NCBI GenBank assembly: GCA_002633005.1
Contig: NMRA01000471.1
Span: forward strand, 244,386 to 308,385
Reading direction: 5' to 3'
Source of the DNA: Phoronis australis
Taxonomy: Eukaryota > Animalia > Phoronida
DNA length: 64,000 nucleotides
The notes under the pieces are model-generated. The model was not told the DNA's origin. It searched no databases and saw nothing but the letters and a program-made list of their open reading frames with translations. Shown one piece after another: positions 33,901 through 46,025 of the stretch (position 1 is the stretch's first letter; each line of letters opens with the position of its first letter). Made by a program: the position numbers and the translations under genes.

Positions 33901-36900
33901 AATAATAACACATGCACGCGGTTAGCACATAAAACACGTGTTTACAAAGACCATTATAAATATATATAACACATTATGCCATGATCATGACAGGGTTATA
34001 ATGCTGAGGACATTTAAAGAGAAACTAAAATATCAAGGACTGCGAAACTTAATGTAACAAAACCTGATTGTTGAAAACTATAATTGTTTGTGTTGATACA
34101 AACTGCATGCTGTTATAATTAGCATTTACAAAGTTTGTAGCTGCTAATTTATCTTCAAAAGCAATCACTCAACCCCAAAAAATTTCACTGTATAACTATG
34201 ATACACTTGATTCATTTCTCCAGTTCCACCGGGTCAACCAGCTAAGACATCTGATTGGTTGTAAATGACGGCTTCCAATCAGATGTCTTGACTGGTTGAC
34301 CCGGCAAGGTCAATCAGATGCAGCCAATGTAAGGATGGTTAACTCGCTTTATTAAAGTTGTTTAAAACACTAAAATAGAGGTTATCAAAATGTACTTTTA
34401 TGTGGCTAATCAACCGCGCTTTAACAGATTTTCAACAAGATAATTTACAATAATGCAAAACTCATGTCAAATCATACAATTTTCATCCATTCTCACATCA
34501 AAGCTCCATTAAAGATAGCTGTCAGTCTTTCACTCCTCAGAGAGCATTAATTATAATAATTCTTCATATCCACAAACTAACAGTACATCCCTAACCCACC
34601 ATCGTTAACAACTACAACAGCGCACGTCAAAAGTAAGTGGACAAAATGACCATAAGTCATCGCACTCCAGTGTCAAGACTGGGTATTTATCGAAGTTAAA
34701 CAAAGGAGGGTAATACAAAATTGCTACGGGAACAAGTGACGAGACATGAGGCAAAAGGCATAGTTGGTTCTGGTCTGTTTTTTAGAAAACAATGTCAATG
34801 GTATGGTATTTTTTCAGTTGCTCACTTTTTTAAAAAAGAAAATCCACCCGAGACAAGCCAAAGTGGCAGGATTTAGCAAGTCATGGCATTTCAACCCTTG
34901 TTTACGCGCCATCGTGCGACTTTTCCAAAAACAAAACACTTGAGCTCTTGGCTGAAAGTAATGCCGGCGTTTTTGCTTTTTGGTTGTTAAGCGCTGATCT
35001 CAAAATGAGTCGGGGGTAAATATCATAACGCACAAAAGGAGGCAGTGCGGTCTAGTGGGATAGGTGTCAGCTTCAAGGTCATGAGTTTGAGTCATACAGG
35101 GGCACGCTGCTACACCCTTGAGTCATGTCTCTAGCTCCTCAGTTCGCTTTAAACTCAATATTGAGCAAGCATAGAAATGGTTCCCAATTCATCAGTGCAA
35201 CAGATCAACAGAACAACCTGGACACGTCTGGTAAATGCACCAGACCATCTACAATTATTTTTCAATATTTCATAACCAACAATGCTTTTTGGCCTAATCA
35301 GTCCTTGTGTTGCAAGCAATGCGATGCCATGACAGGGAACAGCAATGTGTCATTGGTTACTTTTGACCAATACTGTACACTGCCATAAGAGTACATGTCA
35401 CTGGTTAGCGCATGGTTAATTGGCCTCAAGAGATCTATTAAACAACACAACTGTAAAAAGAAAGATATTGGACAACTCATGTGACCGAGCCACTTAAGGC
35501 CATTTGTTTCTGTAACTGGACATAAACTGAATAAATTGTTTTGAGGATAATAGATTTCTTCTTTGCTTCCTGGGTTGTTAGTAAGAAGTAAAAATTTATT
35601 TGATAAGACTCGATAATAGTACTCCAATCAAGTGCATTTTTACTAATAAACAAAACTGCATTCTTGGGAGGCTAATCAAAAATTCTCTAGGCTTTTAACA
35701 GAAAAAGATGAAAACCAATTTTTTTGGATTTTCTGCTCATTTAAAGAGTGAAAAACTCATGCCTAGCATGGGCAAAGCAGGAAACGTTTCTACTTAATAA
35801 TGGTTAGATGTTCTCTTTAGAAATACCAAATAGACGTTAATGTGACCCTAAAAACTTGACAATGTACAGGAATGCAGGAACACACATTTAACATTCAGTC
35901 AAAACAGACTACTTCCTTTCAGACAACCAGCGTACTAATGACATGTTTATCAATCTGATTAGGGCCATACATAGACATTAACATCCTCCATATTGATTTT
36001 TACCTCCAAGACAAGAGAAAGTATTTTTTGCAACCTCCCAGGTTCTCCACTCGACACAGCGTAGTGCGATGAGTCACTAGTTACTGACCGCAAATATAAC
36101 TTACTATCTTGTGATTTCACTGGCAAACAGACAGAGCTGGGTAATTCAGTCAATTTAATTCACTGATTCGTGCGCAAACGTTGAGATGGCACCAGAAATA
36201 GTGCACTTTTCGTAATATGGAATTGATTTTTTCAAGAGGAAATATTCCAACAATGTAATCATGAGCAACTCTCTCGAATCAATTCTCAACATGTGAATCT
36301 ATATTTTAATAATTACATTACCAGCATGCTACACACATATGAATTCATAGCCAAAAACAACAATTTCTTTGAAACTACTGTTTTGGTACAATTTTTAGGG
36401 TGGAATGTTTAGTTTTGTTTCATTTAATACAGTGGGATATCGGTTCTAATTAAACACGATAAAACCGGGGGAGGTCATTGATTCCATTTATGGGAAGAAT
36501 AGCTGTCTCATAAGCTGATTTATTCTATCTTGAAATTTGTAATTTCCGTTTGACCTAATTACCACTCTATGGAACTTCAATAAAATTCAGACTGTGCTTT
36601 GATTTCAATACCGCATTACATCCAGACTTCAAAAACAATTCTAAACTTGTTCAAATTTTTGGTTTCATCCACATTAGAGAAAACAACCCACAACGCAAAA
36701 TTCAAGTCATACAGAACTATAGAGGCGTACTTATTTCAAGAACGATAAAATTATGAACACGACAGAGCAATTAGTGAAGAGGACGTTTTAAATCATATTT
36801 GATAGACAAGTGATTAACGGTAATAATTTCTACTGGTCAGTACAGTCCATTAGAGACAGGATTACAGGATGATCAATGCATAGCCATTCTACAAGTGCAG

Positions 36901-39900
36901 CATAACTATAGGAATGTAAGGTACTGCAGCTTGACTCACAGGATAAAACTAACAACTAGAATGATTCACATGTTAATCCACTGATTACCAGTAATAGTAC
37001 ACTTGAACGTTTGCCTACTTTTACTCTTTAAAATGCACAACGGTAATCGCTATTAATTTGACATAAAAAATTCCTTTTTTAAAACAAACCCGACCAGTTA
37101 CAAGAGATTACAAAGTCAAAAAATAGACAGTTACTTATGTACACGATTATTCATTTCATTAACACACTCATTACTTTAAATTAAGAGTACAATTCAAACT
37201 AATTTTTATTTTAGCACAACTATATTCACTCTTTAGTTTCAATACGGTGCCATTTCAGATATAAAAATCAAACTGAAATGAAATGACATAGCAGAACAAT
37301 ATCCGACTGCGTTTACCAAATAACACCAGGTGAGACCTGACAAAACTCGTCAATGGTCAACCTTACCTCCCCCCAAGACTCGTCAATGGTCAACCTTACC
37401 TCCCTTCTGACTTCAGCGTGCTTTAGTTTGTTGTCGATGTCTTCCTTGGTCAGACTCAGCCGGGCCACTTTCTCCCTGGGGCTGGGAGGGGAGGCGGGCC
37501 TCTTGGCCTCAGCCAACGTCACTTCATAAGCTAACCCCCCGCTACTTTCACGTGGACTCTCTGGAAAGCCAGGTGATCTCGGTACAACACTTTTAAGATA
37601 AGTTATTGAACACTAACTAAAACAAGCAATTTCTTCTGCATTAGTCACCTGAAGTATGAAGCAGATTTTACCAAAATGCAAAAATGTGTGAATTTTATAC
37701 TAACTTAGAAATCGAAACAAGCATTGAAGATCATTTAACACCAACAAATTGAAATGTCAGGCAAGGATCATTGTTTTCCACAATAGCATGTCCACCTCAT
37801 ATTAAAAATGCACACAATTATACGAGTCACAGGATAATATACGATACATGAAGGAACGCATCAGCCACTTAAAGTAGCTTTGCCTCACAACAACCGCATT
37901 TGATTTAGACATCTTACCATTATAAAATTGGTCTTTAGTTCCTAAGTGTAATTATATATAATTGGTGGTCATGAAAAGCACAGACAGTCTCTTACATTGG
38001 TTGAGAGCAGACTTCACATGCTGACTTGTCACAGTAAGTCATGACATGTTGGCTTGTCACAGTAAGTCATCACATGTTGGGTTGTCACAGTAAGTCATTA
38101 CATGTTGGCTTGTAACAGTAAGTCATCACATGTTGGCTTGTCATAGTAAGTCATCACATGTTGGCTTGTAACAGTAAGTCATTACATGTTGGCTTGTCAC
38201 AGTAAGTCATCACATGTTGGCTTGTAACAGTAAGTCATTACATGTTGGCTTGTAACAGTAAGTCATCACATGCTGACTTGTCACAGTAAGTCATCACATG
38301 TTGACTTGTCACAGTAAGTCATCACATGTTGACTTGTCACAGTAAGTCATCAAATGTTGGCTTGTCACAGTAAGTCATCACATGTTGACTTGTAACAGTA
38401 AGTCATCACATGTTGACTTGTCACAGTAAGTCATCACATGTTGACTTGTCAAAGTAAGTCATCACATGTTGACTTGTCACAGTAAGTCATTACATGTTGG
38501 CTTGTCGCAGTAAGTGCATGTGCTGAATTTGCTCTTTGTAAGACAAGGAATCACTTGTTATCACAGTAAAGAACAACTACAGACCAAGTTTATGACAATA
38601 AGTGCTTTAAATCAAAAGCAAGTTTCTTTGACAGGATCATTGCGATTGGCTCCTACTATTAAAAAACAAACATGCAGCAGCAACAAACGTATTAAAGGGG
38701 AAGAAACCATTCTTGGTGTCGCCTTTAGTGAATATAGATCCAAGGCAGGTTACCTTGGAGATACATCTTTCCTGTTACCAATACTTCCTGCTTCTATGCC
38801 GTGTACTTTTCCCTCCATGAAACAACAGTGACAGAAACAATCCAGCAAAAAGCCAGCATCTTGGTTCTGATTTCACCTCCATTAAACAAACATGAAATAA
38901 ACCAGCAACACCAACTGTGTTTAATAGATTAGTGCCTAGGATATTGTGTTTGGTCCATGGAAGTCAATGTAGATATGTACCTCTTACTGAGCCGTCCACA
39001 TCACAATTGTTCCATGGACAGTCAATACTTACCATGTGAACAGTACATAACATAGCAAGACATCTCTCATGTGAACAGTACATAACATAGTAGGATATTT
39101 CTCAAACCTAACCAAAAATCTACATTTATATTAAACAGAACGCCAAAAAGGTTTGTGTTCCCCTTTAAAGAAACATGCAATCTAAAGTTCTCAAATAAAG
39201 CAAAGAAAATTACTGAGGCCTCAAAGGTGAATTGGGGCTTGCAGATTCCTTAAAAGTCTGCACAAGTATGCAAATTAAGCAATGAACCGACTGACCCAGA
39301 GACTGTAATCATAAAAAGCTTGAACATAAACCTGCAGAGGAATACACTTGAACAATGGTTACCATAGCAATCAAATAGATTAATTATGCACTCAACTGTT
39401 ACTGATTATGCTCTGTCATTCCTTCAGTGAACACTACGCATATTGCTATTACCTGCACTTAGTCAGTCACATTGTAACAACACTTAACTAATGCTAAGCA
39501 AGTTTTCAGAAAAGCTACGACATCAAACTGCTTCAATTCAAAATTACATGCATAGGATTACTACAACACTTCCTGAACACAAAACAAGCAAAACAATTCG
39601 CATAAAACTGAGGTCACCATGGAGAGAAAAAGAAAAATTAATCCATAAAATAGCATCTTTGTCCAGTTTTGAGATTAATGACTAGCACGTTAAAACTGAG
39701 GAATAATATATCAAGGCGTCACAATTTGAAAAAATGCATTCCACACGCAAAAACTGAATGAAACATGAACTGAATGTAGACTGTTTTTAGCACAAGTGAA
39801 CCATTTTGTATTTTGGGAGATGGAATGAATAAATAATGGAGATGGGGGAATCATACAAAATTGACCTCTAAAAGAGAAAATTTTGGAACTTGTGGCTTTT

Positions 39901-42891
39901 CATTTAGCCTACTGTAAACATTAATTTTGTACTAAATATTTTATGAAATAAGGGAGTTGAAAAAATATTAATTGCAAATCACTTGGACTAGAGAATGGCT
40001 GAAAAGGAAGATTTAGCAAATTACATGTACATGTGCGTGTACGCGCGCATGCGTGTGTGTACACAAGTTTTGCTACAAACTACATCATATTAAGAGATAG
40101 TAGAATCAAATGAGAAGGCCGAATATTTATATCAGCAGCCTCTACAGTGTATCTCTCATGCTCTCAAGTAGTAACATTATATATATAACGCATTCCAGTG
40201 CACCTACACCTACACCTACACACACATACACATGTAATTTTCCCAAAGCATTCTAAAACAAATCATGAATGGGAATCCAACAATGGATCAAGCCTTGGGA
40301 GAAGACATACAAGTACAGCTCTAATATTTTAACAGGATGCTGCAAACAAAACTGGCTGTGATACACCGCATGCACTAATACGGGGGAATGACGTGGTGCG
40401 CTACCTTTCCATACAACTATAGCATCAAACATCTGAAGTTGTGGGATGCCAGTTGGCCGTTTGGCCGGCGCTGGACGTAGGCATAACAGCACATTGAGCC
40501 AGTGGCAGACTACAAGAAAGTGATGAACACGAGTATTAGTGCTGACCATCGGTCAGTTATGATGGACAGGCTGAGGGCTACGGGCAGACAGTGCTTTGAA
40601 CTAGAGACAGACAAGATACCCTGTTGACCACCATATTATGGCTGACCACTTGACCACCTATATTAGGACTAAACACTGGTCAGATGTGGTAGCCATGCTA
40701 GTAGCTGCAGGCACAACAATGCCTTGAGCTAGAGACAGACTAAATTAAGATGCATTGACCACCAGACAAGTGCTGCAGCTGACCATTACTCAGTTGTGAC
40801 AGATAGACTGACAGCTGCAGGGAGTACAGTGCCTTGAGTCAGAGACAGACTACAAAAGATATGACCATAGGTGCTACAGATGACCATGGGTCAGTTGTGA
40901 CATAATGACAGCTATATGGACAACAGCATGAGATGAGACAATGTCAGATCACTAGATACAGTATCAAGCCATGTGTGACCAGTCATGATTGACTCAAGGA
41001 TTGTCACCTGCACTATTGCGAGCCCATGTAAGAAAACAAAGACTCCATTCAACTGGGAACTCTCATTTTCTGTTTTTGAAAAATCTTTTAAACAAACACA
41101 TAATTTTGTTTCTTAAAGTTTTGTTTGTAAATTACCAAAATTCTGCTTCACTATTTCAGTGCTAAAAAACATACTGATCAAGAACCCTCATATTGTGTCC
41201 CAGCTTTCTTTTATCCATAAACTACTGCATGTCATGTTTATCCATAAACTACTGCATGTCATGTTTATCCATAAACTACTGCATGTCATGTTTATCCATA
41301 AACTACTGCATGTCATGTTTATCCATAAACTACTGCATGTCATGTTTATCCATAAACTACTGCATGTCATGTTTATTATTTCTCAAAACAAAAATGCCAC
41401 TTTCAGACATAATGAAAAACTAAATAAACAATCGCTCACTGAAAAGCCATCCTCTATGGATTTGTGGCCCCAATTGAGGAATATGATGAGTTATTTTAAA
41501 AATTTGGTAACTTCATAAATGTCACTAGATCTACTAAATTTTGAAAACTCTAATTTTGCAAAAGAAGTCTGTAAATTTCCATCTGGTTTTCTTTAACACA
41601 TAAAATCAAGATTTCTAGTACACATTGCCATGACTTTCTAACAACTGGAACATCAAACTTTAAATTAAGCGACACAAATAACATGAAATAACGGCAAAAA
41701 TAACATGAAATAACATTCAGTTCAAGAACGTAATTCACAAACAAGGCAGCAATAAATGAATGACTTGTATATGACTAACTTTCGACCAATAGATCGTCAC
41801 CAGTCAACATTGATCTTGCATTATAACTTACTCATCCAAATACACAGGGGAGATAATATTGCCTTAATGTCAGATTAAACCTTACCACTTCAACACAGCT
41901 GACAGACAAGGTTTCTGGTTCCTGAGACAAGTCAGTTCACATGGAACACTTGTCAATCATGTTCCACCACTAAATTACAAACAAGTTTTAAGCCTCATGT
42001 CCAATGAATGGATGAATCTATAAACCTATCAAAGTAAAATTATCCATTAAACAAAGCATTCACTTAACACTAAATATATCAAATATTGTCATGGCAAAAT
42101 TAGTCTCATGTATGTTTCCTCCACATTACTACATTGTAGATAGGCGCTACAGCGGTCACTTAGCCCAGCGATATCGTTTTAGATTATTAGGAAAAAGTTT
42201 CGTTTTGCCAGTTTCTTTGGGACACCAAAAAATTAGGCAAAAAAGACCATTTATTTAATGGATCAACTTGCTGTCCTGTTTTGGACACTAGCAAATCTGT
42301 GGATGAGCAAAGTTTGTCCTTTTCAGACAGATCTTCCACTTTGAGTGTCTACAAAATGACAGTCCAGAATAATTTGTTCCAAACTAACACATTTGGACTC
42401 AAAAGCCCCCTCTCTTGGAACTTTATATTAGGAAACACAGTCAATGTCACAATAGGCTAATAGTTACAGGGGTCTGGCATTTTGAGAACCTATTTTCTCC
42501 ACTAAAAAACAGACATCAAACTGGTTCTCAGGCAAAATACGTGATTATTGCCCAATTAAGCAAATCATTTGAAGAGCACTGGTCACTCACCTAGAGAGGT
42601 TTGCATGATTAATATTGAACACAAGACTCTGAATGTATTCCAACTGTAAGCTCCACAACCCTGGCTACTTGGTTGACAACACCACAGGATTTCTATTGGT
42701 GTGTGTACTTGTGCAAGTTATGAATGGTATACAAAGCAAATAACAGACCAATGGAAAAGAACTGCTATGTAGAAAACTGGGGCTCAATGAGAATTATTGA
42801 AGTGTTAGTAAGTGCTGGACACAAACACAGCATACCTTCCCACAAAGGGGGGCTGTCAAGGGGATAATTAGCATAAGTTACCTTGAGACAT
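30880..42891 (-). CDS. STMN: Stathmin-family tubulin-sequestering protein, 184 aa, 5 coding exons (42891-42882, 37560-37400, 33896-33705, 32908-32768, 30930-30880)
   Basis: Spliced product MSQESPRESSGGLAYEVTLAEAKRPASPPSPREKVARLSLTKEDIDNKLKHAEVRREDNKAQ...VNRLKAHAERVRQ...LMEKLEEHERRIEEVRANKPAGDS*. It has GGLAYEVxL, an SP-rich linker, KL..AE.RR and LxxH..xxEEVR stathmin motifs; all phases are consistent. Confidence 0.92.
31315..31631. repeat. C-rich tandem repeat (period about 121 bp) running into an N gap (31632-31656)
   Basis: ccacctccagacctcccacatcctgtagacaggaacc...accccaactcaagaccctcccac repeated. Confidence 0.8.
31822..32040 (-). pseudogene. truncated THAP-domain ORF (transposon remnant) in a stathmin intron
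   Basis: YTCCVPGCFKNNKRDKNPSFYVFPANQELREKWIDNIRR...PTRSHLV, then stop before the CxxHF motif. Confidence 0.8.
32768..32908 (-). CDS. STMN: stathmin exon (AERVRQIQLANEKYIDELRVRIEQKLVNAEASRKSQLKSLMEKLEEH)
   Basis: gctag| and |gtgagt; 141 nt; phase 0/0. Confidence 0.9.
33248..33340. repeat. 21-bp minisatellite, about 4 copies
   Basis: aacaaaaatttcctttgataa repeated. Confidence 0.9.
33705..33896 (-). CDS. STMN: stathmin exon (DNKAQRLEF...RLANLAAQVNRLKAH)
   Basis: ttttag| and |gtaagg; 192 nt; phase 0/0. Confidence 0.92.
34229..34304. repeat. inverted repeat / hairpin, 30-bp arms, 16-nt loop
   Basis: ccgggtcaaccagctaagacatctgattgg ... ccaatcagatgtcttgactggttgacccgg (28/30). Confidence 0.85.
35038..35157 (+). 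mobile_element. degenerate tRNA-derived SINE head
   Basis: A-box-like cggtctagtgg and B-box-like gagtttgagtc, followed by a SINE-like body; no intact cloverleaf. Confidence 0.45.
37400..37560 (-). CDS. STMN: stathmin exon (SPRESSGGLAYEVTL...KLKHAEVRRE)
   Basis: tttccag| and |gtaagg; 161 nt; phase 1/0. Confidence 0.93.
38016..38515. repeat. 28-bp minisatellite, about 18 copies
   Basis: acagtaagtcatcacatgttggcttgtc repeated. Confidence 0.95.
40540..40950. repeat. degenerate 110-130-bp tandem repeat, about 3 copies
   Basis: Recurring cagtgccttgagctagagacagac and gctgaccat..cagtt blocks. Confidence 0.6.
41210..41376. repeat. 27-bp minisatellite, about 6 copies
   Basis: tttatccataaactactgcatgtcatg repeated. 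Confidence 0.95.
42882..42891 (-). CDS. STMN: stathmin first coding segment ATG TCT CAA G, inside exon 42959-42882
   Basis: Strong acceptor ttttgttctttgtttcag|, then ccaacATGTCTCAAG|gtaact; phase 1 matches the next exon. Confidence 0.75.
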
Positions 42892-45419
42892 GTTGGTGTT
42901 GAGAGAGGGGTACAGTCACTACTACCACAGTAAGGCACAGCTTCTACTCAGACTACCAACTGAAACAAAGAACAAAACATTTCCGTTACCAGCAAGTGAG
43001 ATATTTAACAAACTCTCCCAGGGCTATGCTCCTGTTCACAGCTAAACTCAACAACTTCATTTCATAAAGTACGGTACTTTCTGTTCCTTGTGCTACACCC
43101 CACACTCACTCCCCCAACTCCAAATTTAGTTCCTCAACTAAAACCGTCCTTGTCATCAATCTGCACTGACACAACATGTTTCACCTGTCTAGCACACAAT
43201 ATGGTGCGGCAATTAATCAGGTATCACTAGATAAATCTAACACCAAGAGAATGTAAACCAAGTGAACAAGAAAGCACATGCATTGTTTAACCCTGGGTGT
43301 CCAGTGAAGTCCTGGGAACATCAAGGGCATGATAGCGCCATCACCAATTGATTGAGCTAGTCGCTTGGCTGAACGCGCAGGATGAGAGAATTGTGGTCAT
43401 AAACGAACACATCTGTTTAGTGTACGAGTTTCAAAGTCAAAAATGAACAATAAGTAAGGCAAACCAAAAATATGACTTCTTAAAATTGAAAATTAAATAG
43501 CAGCTGTCTTTGAATTTTTAAATGCATTATAAGAGAAATTAGCAAATACTTGGGTCTTCTTCAGCATCGCGGCTAAGCCACGAGCATTAATTTGTGAATC
43601 AATAATCAGGGCTTAGTCACAGCCTGGCATAACCTCACTTAGACATTGGGTAACAAAACCCAAATGTTAGCGTAGGAGTGGTCTCATGACTTCATTTTGA
43701 CAAACTTTTTGAAAACAAAAACATTCGATTATAATTTGACAAAGGCGTGGTCTGTCTTGACCCAACTCAGCATTTACTAAAAGCTGATATCTGTTTAGCC
43801 AGGTAGTCAGCCTTAAACAAATTATAAAAATGTTTCAGTCATACCAAGTGCAATAAGGACAACATCAAGCGAATTTACAACTGAATTTCTGGCTAAAAAA
43901 AAAACAAAAATGGAATTTGGCCTTTTGTTCTTTTAAAATCGGTCTCCTATTCAATTGCTGTCACTAAAAAGAACATCAAAACCACCAGCTACTCAATAAA
44001 TTCTTCCAAGCTTATTGGGGTTGCTCAACCCTAAAATTATGAACTCATAAGTAATTTGATATTTTATTTTTAGCCTGCAAAACAGGATGAAATGTAGCTT
44101 TAAAAATCCTCAAGTTCCTGTTTAGTACAATAAGGCCAAAACTGGTTTGTAGCCAATTTTCAATATTTCAATGAAATTTTGTCAATACCTGCATAATTCT
44201 ACAAGCTAAAATGCAGATACATACAAGTATACACTCACACACAAACATCAACGACAACACATTTCCTTTACAAGCAAAAAACGTACATACATTCTCTGAC
44301 ACCAATTAACATTTAAAATCCAAAAATCCACAAACTAGTTTGCAATCAAACTTTTATCTAGGAAAATTCTGACGCTGAAACAGGAAAAGACTTGCCTATA
44401 AAATCAGATTTTTTCCGCTTGCTTTTAGCACAAGCACATCTGTCAGTTATACATCTGACTAAAACTCCCGTTTCAACCTTTAGTCCAGTCTGATGCCAAA
44501 ATCCTACAGAACAAAACGTCTCGTCAGAGAAACTCACCGCCCAAGAGTGCTGACAGAAAAAGTTGTCGTTGTTTAACATAATTAATTCTAGTCTAGTCAG
44601 CAACACCAACTCAATGACTCATCGCTGACAACTAACTGTTAATGCATATCACTCAACATGCCACTGTCTTATTACAACCTAACAATTCACCTGAACAGCT
44701 CCTATGTCAGGACAAAGCACACTTCCTGACACAGAAACCCACCAAGACTCAAATGGACAATGTCCACACAATGATCAGCTGATATGCAAGTCAAATCCAG
44801 CCATCCATATTTCCCCCAGCTGAGCCCTTCAAGATACAGACTTGCCTATGATCATTTTAGATTATTGGAAATGGATGCGTCTAGACTTTATATTTCAGTT
44901 ATCTAGTAATTTATGGCATTCAAAGAACAGCCTCTGCAAAGAGTTATTTTCACCATTAGCTCAGAAAAAGATACAGACAGTTGGAAGGTTTAACTGGCAT
45001 AATGAATGACATTGTGTTACATCGCAATCGCAGTTAGCAGATGACAATACCAATTTCTGAGTTATTATTTGCCCTCATACAATATTTAAGCAATTAACAA
45101 AGCTGATAGAAAAGCTATCACTGTCGATGTTCAACTTCAGTCGTGCTGAACCAAAAAAACGTATATGGGTATTCAGGCAATTCTGTGAAAAGGTTAACCT
45201 AGAGACAAAAAAATTAAAGTTGTGTATAGATTAACTCAACCATCTTCAACAAAATTACAGATATGAGTCGTATGAATTTAGCAGATAATCAACCTCTTAA
45301 TGAATTACTGTTTCACAATAGAACTTATACACTGAAAACACAAGAGCAACGCGGAGTGTTGAAATGCGCCCACGAATACATTGCAAATGATGTGCTTTTA
45401 GGGTTATTAATTTGTATCA

Positions 45420-46025
45420 TAAGAATGGCCACTAGATGGTGCAAAAACATACAATCCATCCAAAAACAGGAACATGCCATATTTCATAAAAATCTGTCAA
45501 GGAACATCAGAGAAACATTGGAAAACTGAATAAAATGAAATTGCCACTAGTGGACACAGCGTCTGTTGGATCTACCTGAAAGTCATCGTCATCTATTGTT
45601 ATCTTCATATAAATACACTTACTAAACTTAGTAAAGATCCTGCAGTGGGCTTAGGAGATATAACTATGGGCATAAAACATAACTACCACAAGGAGGCGCC
45701 ACAGTAGTTAGTCACCATCATCAAAGGTTGTCTTCACGCTAAGAACATATATGCCAATTTTCAAATGATTTGGCTGATACAGGGGTGGACGCCAAAAACA
45801 AGATTTGAAAACAGCAAAAATGGTCACTAGGTGGTGCAACATACCTCAATTCCATCCAAAAACAGGAAGATAGCGTCATCACACCAATAGATGCCAAAAG
45901 TTAAAATCTTATGAAAATCTGTTGAGGACCTTTGAAGATAGAGTTAAATGTAAAAAAATTAAAATTGCCACTAGGGGGCACAGCAGTAGTAAGATCTGTC
46001 CGAAAGTTGTCGTCGTCCGTAGTCA
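45420..46025. repeat. diverged roughly 400-bp direct repeat
   Basis: cactagRtggtgcaa..atccatccaaaaacaggaa and aaattgccactag..acagc..gatct..gaaagt blocks occur twice. Confidence 0.65.

Noticed and set aside
35038-35110. Possible tRNA gene
   Set aside because: A/B-box-like words only, no foldable cloverleaf; better explained as a SINE.
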